In this document: piece after piece, positions 24,953-38,046 of the stretch
Position numbering within the stretch: the stretch's first letter is position 1
Layout: every line of letters starts with the position of its first letter
Assembly: GCA_964057225.1 (NCBI GenBank)
Contig: OZ059897.1
Span: 6,820,001 to 6,884,000, forward strand
DNA from: Auanema rhodensis
Taxonomy: Eukaryota > Animalia > Nematoda
DNA length: 64,000 nucleotides
Direction of reading: 5' to 3'
Translations under genes and position numbers: made by a program
The notes under the pieces: generated by a model
Databases searched by the model: none
Seen by the model: only the letters and a program-made list of their open reading frames with translations
Told to the model about the DNA's origin: nothing

Positions 24953-27160
24953 TTTCAGAACAATTTTTAGAGACAAAAATTATTTTCTTCTCTTTCGCCC
25001 TCTTTCTTTCTCTCTGTCTCTCGTATATCATATTTCTATTCACTCTGCAATCTCTTCCTCATTCTGTGATAACGGAAAACAGTTAGTTGCAACACTCTTC
25101 TTATCGCAAAAAAAATCAATCTTTACAGATTGATTATCTAAAATTGGATTTATTAATTCAAACCATTGTTTTCTTTTTGTCAGGATATTGTCTTGTTTAT
25201 TAAATATGTTCATTTGTATTATTAATGTATAATTTGTGTGTTGACATCAAAGTAAGAAGCAACCGATTTTATTTGTTTACAATCAAAAATTAAATTTCAA
25301 TTTCATACATGCTGTAGAACATGCTTTAAGTATAACTAATGATATTAGATCTCAATGTTTTTACAATATTTGCTTTACATGATTAATATGTTGAATGAGT
25401 ATTTTTCTATTTTAAAATATGTTTTAGATTTTAAAAGTTTGTTAAATGAAAAATTTAAATTTGAACGCCACATAAATAGAAAAAATGAGTAAAAATATTG
25501 TTGAGAACGATTTTTTTAAGGAAATTATCATTTCAAAGCTATATCCAGATGATAGATAGAATATTCTAATTACTTTTAAAAACTTTTTTAACCTTTCTAC
25601 CCGAACCAGTATATCATAGGTTGGCAACTCGCAAAACTGGACAAGAGTGATGTACTGTATCATTACAGTATACCATGAAAACCGTCTCTACATTGAAAAG
25701 ATAAACTAATTTCAATAAATGTTACATTTATAATTGTGATTTCGTAAAATTATTAGAAAAATTTACAAGAATAAAGAACAAAATAACTTTTATTTAAATA
25801 ATAATATTTTTTTTCAAATGAATATATGTATAATAAAAATTATACAAAGAAATCCTTGTTACAAGAAATTTTACAAACAGTTGCACTCTTAGCATACTGT
25901 ACTGTGTTAACCAATTTTGATTCCCATCCACCAAAAGGCTTGAAGTTGTCCAAATTCTGAGCGGCTTCTCCAGACTGAGGAGCATTAGCATACCTCAAAT
26001 AGTTAAAATTAAATTAAATTTGAAAATTGTAAGAAATACCATAATGCAATGGGCTCTGTTCCGGTGGTTAATATAGTATGATTGGCACTTCCAGTAATAG
26101 CATTCCAATCATGTTCATTGGTATAAATTCCGATAGAAACATTCTTAATAAAAAAAATCCGAATTGACATTGAAAGTTCTATACCTTTGCTTCAGAAGTT
26201 CTAACCAAGTCTTTGATAAAGTTGAGATTCTGATTGCTATTATGACTCCAAATAGATGGAGATACAACCTGAATTACATAATTTCTCATCAATTGCTATG
26301 GGTTTTCTACCGAAATCCAGAAGAATTTGATGTAAGAATCTAAACTACATTTGGCTAATCCGGTAAACATCTCTTCAATCTGATCTTTTCCAGTCTTCGA
26401 TCCAATAGGAGCTGGGTCCATGTACACATGAGTAATAGCATCTGTAAGAAAGTGCGCGTTTTTCAATTTTTCATTTTTCCTTTTCAGACTACGAAGAGCA
26501 GTGGTGGTTGTTCAGGTAAAACATGAAAATCTTACATTGGGAAGAACTTTTGTAACTAGCACAAGCATTGTGGTCGAACATTCCCCCATTCAAAGACATA
26601 TAAGCTCTGAAAGCAACATCAGTTCGAATGAAAAATCTTTAACTACGAAGTAACCTGATGTAAAGCGAGATGACATTCTCAGCTTTTAAACAGCGAACCT
26701 GTGCTTCTGTTACTGGTTGTTTAATATCAATTCCTTGTATCTTATACTGAAATATTAAAAATGAATAAGAAAGAAGCTGAGAAGAATGGAAATACCTGAG
26801 CTGCGGCATATCCGATAAGGATGAAGTTGACCAAGATGAAGAGTTTCATTGTTTAGAACAAAGTATGACAGCTTGTTAATAGCTAGCTTCAAACTTTGGT
26901 ATATATACTCATCTTAGAATATGTTTTGATAAAAATTGCATGATATCAGTAGTATAGAAATCTCAACTGCTATCTAATCTTGCATCTAGTATATTAGATT
27001 AGCTAATTGGTTTTAACGTTTAACAGAAACATAAGCCTCCAGATAGTACATCACATCCGAACTTTGTATGTTATAACTTTACTATAGGAAGATATATATG
27101 TATATATATATTAATTTTTGGATATACACACATCATATACATTCATATCAATTGTATTAT
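24953..27160 (-). repeat. Inverted duplication of 18464-20693 (lysA with 311 bp upstream and about 900 bp downstream); further copies at 30259-32466 and 36150-38357
   Basis: Reverse-complement match to the parental block. Differences seen: a 22-bp deletion in a GA-rich tract and one SNP in an AT run. Confidence 0.96.
25840..26849 (-). CDS. lysA lysozyme, inverted intact copy 2
   Basis: Reverse complement of 18775-19784; ATG, splice sites and stop preserved. Confidence 0.9.
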
Positions 27161-27371
27161 TAATGTATAATTTCATTTGTTAAGTGACTGTTAAGAAAGC
27201 GAAATGATTCAACGAGAATGAACTTGATAAACACCATTTTACGTATGTATATGACTAGTTAAACCTGAATACATCTCGTTGAATTGATCTTTAACTGTTT
27301 TTCCTCCACTAACAGAAGGTTCCATGTAAAGATTAGGGCTCAACTTTGTAGATCATTTCCTTTTTATAAAG

Positions 27372-27679
27372 TTGGTTTTTGTAGGCATCTATACCAATGA
27401 AAATGATTGGAAAACTATAACTCAAAACACTGACCATCATGAACTGGGAGCTGGTCGTTATCCATATGGATTATGGTATCTTGTAGATTAAATTATTTTA
27501 GTTTTACTTATATTATTTTCAGGTTAGCAAATGGTACAAAAAGCGGACAAGATCCACATAGTTTAAATGGATTTAATCCTTTTGGTGGATTCACAATTAA
27601 TGATATTTGTTCTGTACAATATTCCCAAAACGAAAATATTTGTGGAATAGCTTGTAATAGAGATTTTGGTCCAAGCTAA
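27372..27679 (+). pseudogene. 5'-truncated lysB (exons 6-7 only)
   Basis: Matches 21481-21788 (one synonymous SNP seen); no upstream exons. Confidence 0.85.
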
Positions 27680-28489
27680 GTGAACTGTCTCATAGTTTAC
27701 GGATTTAAATTGAAATCCAACAACTTTCATATGTAGATTTTGAACATAAAGCTGATGTAGACCACTATATTCTTTTTTTTCTCCATTTGATTGCTTAATC
27801 ACTTATTGGTTTCTCAGATCCAATAGTGTAGATTTAGAGTTTGTGCTGTTTAGAATAGAATTCTATCCTCTACGGGTAATATTCTAAGTCAAAATCTAAC
27901 TTATACAGTTTGGTTTCTAATGTAAACCATTTGAAGATTGTCATTTCGACCGGAAAAGCATTAAATGAAGCAGTTGAGCTTTTAAAAACTAAGAAAATAC
28001 AGTTTTGAATCTATATTATATCATATTCATATTTTTATATTAGAAAATAAGGAGAGATGTCGAAATCATAGGTCTTCTCTGACTCACTGCAACCTGGTAC
28101 AAGAGGGACCGACAATGGAGAAGCTTCCAGACAACCTCATAAACCATTAATTGCTGGCAAACAAGCATAACACGAGTTGTAACACAACCAATGAGCTATT
28201 GAAAAGAAATGGTCCAACACCAACATATTAATGGTTGAACTGTTAAGAAAGCGAAATGATTCAACGAGAATGAACTTGATAAACACCATTTTACGTATGT
28301 ATATGACTAGTTAAACCTGAATACATCTCGTTGAATTGATCTTTAACTGTTTTTCCTCCACTAACAGAAGGTTCCATGTAAAGATTAGGGCTCAACTTTG
28401 TAGATCAAACAAAAGCAAAAAATTATTTATTAAATATAACAAAGATAGAAGAATCACCATATACATCAATCGTACATGTGTATTTGGAA

Positions 28490-29906
28490 TTACTGCAATT
28501 CTTCTTTTATTTTAACTCCATCATGATTATCATCGACATCAGCTTCTGTATCTTCTGAAAATTGAACTTCTTTTTTAACTTTAAAAGAAAAAATTCTCAC
28601 CTGCTTCTTCTTCTCTTTTAAATCTTTGATAAGTTGCTCCAACATTGGCAATGAAAATAGGTTTCATTTCATCAAAACTGTTATAATTAGTAACATTATC
28701 ACCAATTGTAAGTTGATAAGTAAGCCCTTGATGAGAAAATTCTTCTGAAAATTAACTTTCTTTTACTGCAATCACATAACACTTACCTTCATAATCTATA
28801 ATATATTGTATAGCATCTTCTATATGTTCGAAACCTTTTAAATTCTTGCGAGAAAATCTAGTAGTCTGTTGTTCAGCGGTAGCCCAGCTTGTGAAGACTC
28901 CCATTTTTTTACCATGAGCAACAGCATAATAGTTTTTTAGTACATTTTTGTTTAATTTAGCCATTTTTTCTGTTATTTCTTCAATTTCTATTGGTTCCTA
29001 TAATATTTTGAAAACTAAAAAATTATCCAACAAAGACTAACCTTCTGAATATCATCAGTTAAACTCGAATCTTCTTTTTTCTTTTCCGAAGAGATTTCAT
29101 TGGCATCATGATTATCATCGACATCAGCTTCTGTATCTTCTGAAAATTGAACTTCTTTTTTAACTTTAAAAGAAAAAATTCTCACCTGCTTCTTCTTCTC
29201 TTTTAAATCTTTGATAAGTTGCTCCAACATTGGCAATGAAAATAGGTTTCATTTCATCAAAACTGTTATAATTAGTAACATTATCACCAATTGTAAGTTG
29301 ATAAGTAAGCCCTTGATGAGAAAATTCTTCTGAAAATTAACTTTCTTTTACTGCAATCACATAACACTTACTTTCATATTCTGTAATATATTGTATAGCA
29401 TCTTCTATATGTTCGAAACCCTTGAATTTATTGTGAGGAAATCCAGTAGTCTGTTGTTCAGCGGTAGCCCAGCTTGTGAAGACTCCCAATTTTCTACCAA
29501 CAGCAACAGCAAAATAGTTTTTTGGTACATTTTTGTTTAATTTAGCCATTTCTTCTGTTATTTCTTCAATTTCTATTGGTTCCTATAATATTTTGAAAAC
29601 TAAAAAATTATCCAACAAAGACTAACCTTCTGAATATCATCAGTTATCTTTTCCGAAGAGATTTCAGGAAAATTGTGAGTTTTGCTTGATTCAGTCCTTG
29701 CGTCTCGGCTAAAAAAAAGAAATAGTTTAATATAATTTAATTATAATAAAGCAAATCACAAAGAATAATTGATGTAATCGCACGATATGGGAAAACTTTC
29801 AAATTTCTACAATTAGTGAAAACTGTTAACGACTAGTAGTACCAGCTTCTTCTGACAAATACGTTACTTTCATACCCTTATATACAAAAGAAAATTCTAA
29901 TTTCAT
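28490..29906 (-). CDS. Tandem HBD (Cauli_VI) protein, copy 2: 2 HBDs, about 338 aa
   Basis: As copy 1 minus one 585-bp unit; frame intact. Confidence 0.8.
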
Positions 29907-31145
29907 ATAGTTCTTTTGAGAATTGATAAAGAATGAGTCGGATTGAGCTTGAATTCAAGATGAATATATAAGAAATATAAGACGAGGAGAGCTATCATGG
30001 GCGGTACAATAACAATGATGCCTATAGCGCGAATGTCAGCTTTAAGTATATGAGGTGGGTGGTTCTAGAAGGTGCGAATGTATGAAACTCCTACCACATG
30101 ACGTCATGCTTCCAGACGGTTCCCTAAGAAATTATGAAATTGATTTAAAAGAGAAGAAGAAGCAGGTGAGAATTTTTTCTTTTAAAGTTAAAAAAGAAGT
30201 TCAATTTTCAGAAGATACAGAAGCTGATGTCGATGATAATCATGATGGAGTTAAAAAGTTTCAGAACAATTTTTAGAGACAAAAATTATTTTCTTCTCTT
30301 TCGCCCTCTTTCTTTCTCTCTGTCTCTCGTATATCATATTTCTATTCACTCTGCAATCTCTTCCTCATTCTGTGATAACGGAAAACAGTTAGTTGCAACA
30401 CTCTTCTTATCGCAAAAAAAATCAATCTTTACAGATTGATTATCTAAAATTGGATTTATTAATTCAAACCATTGTTTTCTTTTTGTCAGGATATTGTCTT
30501 GTTTATTAAATATGTTCATTTGTATTATTAATGTATAATTTGTGTGTTGACATCAAAGTAAGAAGCAACCGATTTTATTTGTTTACAATCAAAAATTAAA
30601 TTTCAATTTCATACATGCTGTAGAACATGCTTTAAGTATAACTAATGATATTAGATCTCAATGTTTTTACAATATTTGCTTTACATGATTAATATGTTGA
30701 ATGAGTATTTTTCTATTTTAAAATATGTTTTAGATTTTAAAAGTTTGTTAAATGAAAAATTTAAATTTGAACGCCACATAAATAGAAAAAATGAGTAAAA
30801 ATATTGTTGAGAACGATTTTTTTAAGGAAATTATCATTTCAAAGCTATATCCAGATGATAGATAGAATATTCTAATTACTTTTAAAAACTTTTTTAACCT
30901 TTCTACCCGAACCAGTATATCATAGGTTGGCAACTCGCAAAACTGGACAAGAGTGATGTACTGTATCATTACAGTATACCATGAAAACCGTCTCTACATT
31001 GAAAAGATAAACTAATTTCAATAAATGTTACATTTATAATTGTGATTTCGTAAAATTATTAGAAAAATTTACAAGAATAAAGAACAAAATAACTTTTATT
31101 TAAATAATAATATTTTTTTTCAAATGAATATATGTATAATAAAAA

Positions 31146-32155
31146 TTATACAAAGAAATCCTTGTTACAAGAAATTTTACAAACAGTTGCACTCTTAGCA
31201 TACTGTACTGTGTTAACCAATTTTGATTCCCATCCACCAAAAGGCTTGAAGTTGTCCAAATTCTGAGCGGCTTCTCCAGACTGAGGAGCATTAGCATACC
31301 TCAAATAGTTAAAATTAAATTAAATTTGAAAATTGTAAGAAATACCATAATGCAATGGGCTCTGTTCCGGTGGTTAATATAGTATGATTGGCACTTCCAG
31401 TAATAGCATTCCAATCATGTTCATTGGTATAAATTCCGATAGAAACATTCTTAATAAAAAAAATCCGAATTGACATTGAAAGTTCTATACCTTTGCTTCA
31501 GAAGTTCTAACCAAGTCTTTGATAAAGTTGAGATTCTGATTGCTATTATGACTCCAAATAGATGGAGATACAACCTGAATTACATAATTTCTCATCAATT
31601 GCTATGGGTTTTCTACCGAAATCCAGAAGAATTTGATGTAAGAATCTAAACTACATTTGGCTAATCCGGTAAACATCTCTTCAATCTGATCTTTTCCAGT
31701 CTTCGATCCAATAGGAGCTGGGTCCATGTACACATGAGTAATAGCATCTGTAAGAAAGTGCGCGTTTTTCAATTTTTCATTTTTCCTTTTCAGACTACGA
31801 AGAGCAGTGGTGGTTGTTCAGGTAAAACATGAAAATCTTACATTGGGAAGAACTTTTGTAACTAGCACAAGCATTGTGGTCGAACATTCCCCCATTCAAA
31901 GACATATAAGCTCTGAAAGCAACATCAGTTCGAATGAAAAATCTTTAACTACGAAGTAACCTGATGTAAAGCGAGATGACATTCTCAGCTTTTAAACAGC
32001 GAACCTGTGCTTCTGTTACTGGTTGTTTAATATCAATTCCTTGTATCTTATACTGAAATATTAAAAATGAATAAGAAAGAAGCTGAGAAGAATGGAAATA
32101 CCTGAGCTGCGGCATATCCGATAAGGATGAAGTTGACCAAGATGAAGAGTTTCAT
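31146..32155 (-). CDS. lysA lysozyme, inverted intact copy 3
   Basis: Same sequence as 25840-26849 at +5306. Confidence 0.9.
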
Positions 32156-32677
32156 TGTTTAGAACAAAGTATGACAGCTTGTTAATAGCTAGCTTCAAAC
32201 TTTGGTATATATACTCATCTTAGAATATGTTTTGATAAAAATTGCATGATATCAGTAGTATAGAAATCTCAACTGCTATCTAATCTTGCATCTAGTATAT
32301 TAGATTAGCTAATTGGTTTTAACGTTTAACAGAAACATAAGCCTCCAGATAGTACATCACATCCGAACTTTGTATGTTATAACTTTACTATAGGAAGATA
32401 TATATGTATATATATATTAATTTTTGGATATACACACATCATATACATTCATATCAATTGTATTATTAATGTATAATTTCATTTGTTAAGTGACTGTTAA
32501 GAAAGCGAAATGATTCAACGAGAATGAACTTGATAAACACCATTTTACGTATGTATATGACTAGTTAAACCTGAATACATCTCGTTGAATTGATCTTTAA
32601 CTGTTTTTCCTCCACTAACAGAAGGTTCCATGTAAAGATTAGGGCTCAACTTTGTAGATCATTTCCTTTTTATAAAG

Positions 32678-32985
32678 TTGGTTTTTGTAGGCATCTATAC
32701 CAATGAAAATGATTGGAAAACTATAACTCAAAACACTGACCATCATGAACTGGGAGCTGGTCGTTATCCATATGGATTATGGTATCTTGTAGATTAAATT
32801 ATTTTAGTTTTACTTATATTATTTTCAGGTTAGCAAATGGTACAAAAAGCGGACAAGATCCACATAGTTTAAATGGATTTAATCCTTTTGGTGGATTCAC
32901 AATTAATGATATTTGTTCTGTACAATATTCCCAAAACGAAAATATTTGTGGAATAGCTTGTAATAGAGATTTTGGTCCAAGCTAA
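32678..32985 (+). pseudogene. 5'-truncated lysB (exons 6-7 only)
   Basis: Same as 27372-27679. Confidence 0.85.
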
Positions 32986-33795
32986 GTGAACTGTCTCATA
33001 GTTTACGGATTTAAATTGAAATCCAACAACTTTCATATGTAGATTTTGAACATAAAGCTGATGTAGACCACTATATTCTTTTTTTTCTCCATTTGATTGC
33101 TTAATCACTTATTGGTTTCTCAGATCCAATAGTGTAGATTTAGAGTTTGTGCTGTTTAGAATAGAATTCTATCCTCTACGGGTAATATTCTAAGTCAAAA
33201 TCTAACTTATACAGTTTGGTTTCTAATGTAAACCATTTGAAGATTGTCATTTCGACCGGAAAAGCATTAAATGAAGCAGTTGAGCTTTTAAAAACTAAGA
33301 AAATACAGTTTTGAATCTATATTATATCATATTCATATTTTTATATTAGAAAATAAGGAGAGATGTCGAAATCATAGGTCTTCTCTGACTCACTGCAACC
33401 TGGTACAAGAGGGACCGACAATGGAGAAGCTTCCAGACAACCTCATAAACCATTAATTGCTGGCAAACAAGCATAACACGAGTTGTAACACAACCAATGA
33501 GCTATTGAAAAGAAATGGTCCAACACCAACATATTAATGGTTGAACTGTTAAGAAAGCGAAATGATTCAACGAGAATGAACTTGATAAACACCATTTTAC
33601 GTATGTATATGACTAGTTAAACCTGAATACATCTCGTTGAATTGATCTTTAACTGTTTTTCCTCCACTAACAGAAGGTTCCATGTAAAGATTAGGGCTCA
33701 ACTTTGTAGATCAAACAAAAGCAAAAAATTATTTATTAAATATAACAAAGATAGAAGAATCACCATATACATCAATCGTACATGTGTATTTGGAA

Positions 33796-35797
33796 TTACT
33801 GCAATTCTTCTTTTATTTTAACTCCATCATGATTATCATCGACATCAGCTTCTGTATCTTCTGAAAATTGAACTTCTTTTTTAACTTTAAAAGAAAAAAT
33901 TCTCACCTGCTTCTTCTTCTCTTTTAAATCTTTGATAAGTTGCTCCAACATTGGCAATGAAAATAGGTTTCATTTCATCAAAACTGTTATAATTAGTAAC
34001 ATTATCACCAATTGTAAGTTGATAAGTAAGCCCTTGATGAGAAAATTCTTCTGAAAATTAACTTTCTTTTACTGCAATCACATAACACTTACTTTCATAT
34101 TCTGTAATATATTGTATAGCATCTTCTATATGTTCGAAACCTTTTAAATTCTTGCGAGAAAATCTAGTAGTCTGTTGTTCAGCGGTAGCCCAGCTTGTGA
34201 AGACTCCCATTTTTTTACCATGAGCAACAGCATAATAGTTTTTTAGTACATTTTTGTTTAATTTAGCCATTTTTTCTGTTATTTCTTCAATTTCTATTGG
34301 TTCCTATAATATTTTGAAAACTAAAAAATTATCCAACAAAGACTAACCTTCTGAATATCATCAGTTAAACTCGAATCTTCTTTTTTCTTTTCCGAAGAGA
34401 TTTCATTGGCATCATGATTATCATCGACATCAGCTTCTGTATCTTCTGAAAATTGAACTTCTTTTTTAACTTTAAAAGAAAAAATTCTCACCTGCTTCTT
34501 CTTCTCTTTTAAATCTTTGATAAGTTGCTCCAACATTGGCAATGAAAATAGGTTTCATTTCATCAAAACTGTTATAATTAGTAACATTATCACCAATTGT
34601 AAGTTGATAAGTAAGCCCTTGATGAGAAAATTCTTCTGAAAATTAACTTTCTTTTACTGCAATCACATAACACTTACTTTCATATTCTGTAATATATTGT
34701 ATAGCATCTTCTATATGTTCGAAACCTTTTAAATTCTTGCGAGAAAATCTAGTAGTCTGTTGTTCAGCGGTAGCCCAGCTTGTGAAGACTCCCATTTTTT
34801 TACCATGAGCAACAGCATAATAGTTTTTTAGTACATTTTTGTTTAATTTAGCCATTTTTTCTGTTATTTCTTCAATTTCTATTGGTTCCTATAATATTTT
34901 GAAAACTAAAAAATTATCCAACAAAGACTAACCTTCTGAATATCATCAGTTAAACTCGAATCTTCTTTTTTCTTTTCCGAAGAGATTTCATTGGCATCAT
35001 GATTATCATCGACATCAGCTTCTGTATCTTCTGAAAATTGAACTTCTTTTTTAACTTTAAAAGAAAAAATTCTCACCTGCTTCTTCTTCTCTTTTAAATC
35101 TTTGATAAGTTGCTCCAACATTGGCAATGAAAATAGGTTTCATTTCATCAAAACTGTTATAATTAGTAACATTATCACCAATTGTAAGTTGATAAGTAAG
35201 CCCTTGATGAGAAAATTCTTCTGAAAATTAACTTTCTTTTACTGCAATCACATAACACTTACTTTCATATTCTGTAATATATTGTATAGCATCTTCTATA
35301 TGTTCGAAACCCTTGAATTTATTGTGAGGAAATCCAGTAGTCTGTTGTTCAGCGGTAGCCCAGCTTGTGAAGACTCCCAATTTTCTACCAACAGCAACAG
35401 CAAAATAGTTTTTTGGTACATTTTTGTTTAATTTAGCCATTTCTTCTGTTATTTCTTCAATTTCTATTGGTTCCTATAATATTTTGAAAACTAAAAAATT
35501 ATCCAACAAAGACTAACCTTCTGAATATCATCAGTTATCTTTTCCGAAGAGATTTCAGGAAAATTGTGAGTTTTGCTTGATTCAGTCCTTGCGTCTCGGC
35601 TAAAAAAAAGAAATAGTTTAATATAATTTAATTATAATAAAGCAAATCACAAAGAATAATTGATGTAATCGCACGATATGGGAAAACTTTCAAATTTCTA
35701 CAATTAGTGAAAACTGTTAACGACTAGTAGTACCAGCTTCTTCTGACAAATACGTTACTTTCATACCCTTATATACAAAAGAAAATTCTAATTTCAT
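33796..35797 (-). CDS. Tandem HBD (Cauli_VI) protein, copy 3: 3 HBDs, with chimeric second and third units
   Basis: Same structure as copy 1; the B-type units end ITEYE instead of IIDYE. Confidence 0.8.
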
Positions 35798-37036
35798 ATA
35801 GTTCTTTTGAGAATTGATAAAGAATGAGTCGGATTGAGCTTGAATTCAAGATGAATATATAAGAAATATAAGACGAGGAGAGCTATCATGGGCGGTACAA
35901 TAACAATGATGCCTATAGCGCGAATGTCAGCTTTAAGTATATGAGGTGGGTGGTTCTAGAAGGTGCGAATGTATGAAACTCCTACCACATGACGTCATGC
36001 TTCCAGACGGTTCCCTAAGAAATTATGAAATTGATTTAAAAGAGAAGAAGAAGCAGGTGAGAATTTTTTCTTTTAAAGTTAAAAAAGAAGTTCAATTTTC
36101 AGAAGATACAGAAGCTGATGTCGATGATAATCATGATGGAGTTAAAAAGTTTCAGAACAATTTTTAGAGACAAAAATTATTTTCTTCTCTTTCGCCCTCT
36201 TTCTTTCTCTCTGTCTCTCGTATATCATATTTCTATTCACTCTGCAATCTCTTCCTCATTCTGTGATAACGGAAAACAGTTAGTTGCAACACTCTTCTTA
36301 TCGCAAAAAAAATCAATCTTTACAGATTGATTATCTAAAATTGGATTTATTAATTCAAACCATTGTTTTCTTTTTGTCAGGATATTGTCTTGTTTATTAA
36401 ATATGTTCATTTGTATTATTAATGTATAATTTGTGTGTTGACATCAAAGTAAGAAGCAACCGATTTTATTTGTTTACAATCAAAAATTAAATTTCAATTT
36501 CATACATGCTGTAGAACATGCTTTAAGTATAACTAATGATATTAGATCTCAATGTTTTTACAATATTTGCTTTACATGATTAATATGTTGAATGAGTATT
36601 TTTCTATTTTAAAATATGTTTTAGATTTTAAAAGTTTGTTAAATGAAAAATTTAAATTTGAACGCCACATAAATAGAAAAAATGAGTAAAAATATTGTTG
36701 AGAACGATTTTTTTAAGGAAATTATCATTTCAAAGCTATATCCAGATGATAGATAGAATATTCTAATTACTTTTAAAAACTTTTTTAACCTTTCTACCCG
36801 AACCAGTATATCATAGGTTGGCAACTCGCAAAACTGGACAAGAGTGATGTACTGTATCATTACAGTATACCATGAAAACCGTCTCTACATTGAAAAGATA
36901 AACTAATTTCAATAAATGTTACATTTATAATTGTGATTTCGTAAAATTATTAGAAAAATTTACAAGAATAAAGAACAAAATAACTTTTATTTAAATAATA
37001 ATATTTTTTTTCAAATGAATATATGTATAATAAAAA

Positions 37037-38046
37037 TTATACAAAGAAATCCTTGTTACAAGAAATTTTACAAACAGTTGCACTCTTAGCATACTGTACT
37101 GTGTTAACCAATTTTGATTCCCATCCACCAAAAGGCTTGAAGTTGTCCAAATTCTGAGCGGCTTCTCCAGACTGAGGAGCATTAGCATACCTCAAATAGT
37201 TAAAATTAAATTAAATTTGAAAATTGTAAGAAATACCATAATGCAATGGGCTCTGTTCCGGTGGTTAATATAGTATGATTGGCACTTCCAGTAATAGCAT
37301 TCCAATCATGTTCATTGGTATAAATTCCGATAGAAACATTCTTAATAAAAAAAATCCGAATTGACATTGAAAGTTCTATACCTTTGCTTCAGAAGTTCTA
37401 ACCAAGTCTTTGATAAAGTTGAGATTCTGATTGCTATTATGACTCCAAATAGATGGAGATACAACCTGAATTACATAATTTCTCATCAATTGCTATGGGT
37501 TTTCTACCGAAATCCAGAAGAATTTGATGTAAGAATCTAAACTACATTTGGCTAATCCGGTAAACATCTCTTCAATCTGATCTTTTCCAGTCTTCGATCC
37601 AATAGGAGCTGGGTCCATGTACACATGAGTAATAGCATCTGTAAGAAAGTGCGCGTTTTTCAATTTTTCATTTTTCCTTTTCAGACTACGAAGAGCAGTG
37701 GTGGTTGTTCAGGTAAAACATGAAAATCTTACATTGGGAAGAACTTTTGTAACTAGCACAAGCATTGTGGTCGAACATTCCCCCATTCAAAGACATATAA
37801 GCTCTGAAAGCAACATCAGTTCGAATGAAAAATCTTTAACTACGAAGTAACCTGATGTAAAGCGAGATGACATTCTCAGCTTTTAAACAGCGAACCTGTG
37901 CTTCTGTTACTGGTTGTTTAATATCAATTCCTTGTATCTTATACTGAAATATTAAAAATGAATAAGAAAGAAGCTGAGAAGAATGGAAATACCTGAGCTG
38001 CGGCATATCCGATAAGGATGAAGTTGACCAAGATGAAGAGTTTCAT
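37037..38046 (-). CDS. lysA lysozyme, inverted intact copy 4
   Basis: Same sequence as 31146-32155 at +5891. Confidence 0.9.

Noticed and set aside
22628-35537. CRISPR-like or satellite interpretation of the periodic repeats
   Set aside because: The units are 585 bp, protein-coding and lack unique spacers; the context is eukaryotic and there are no cas genes.
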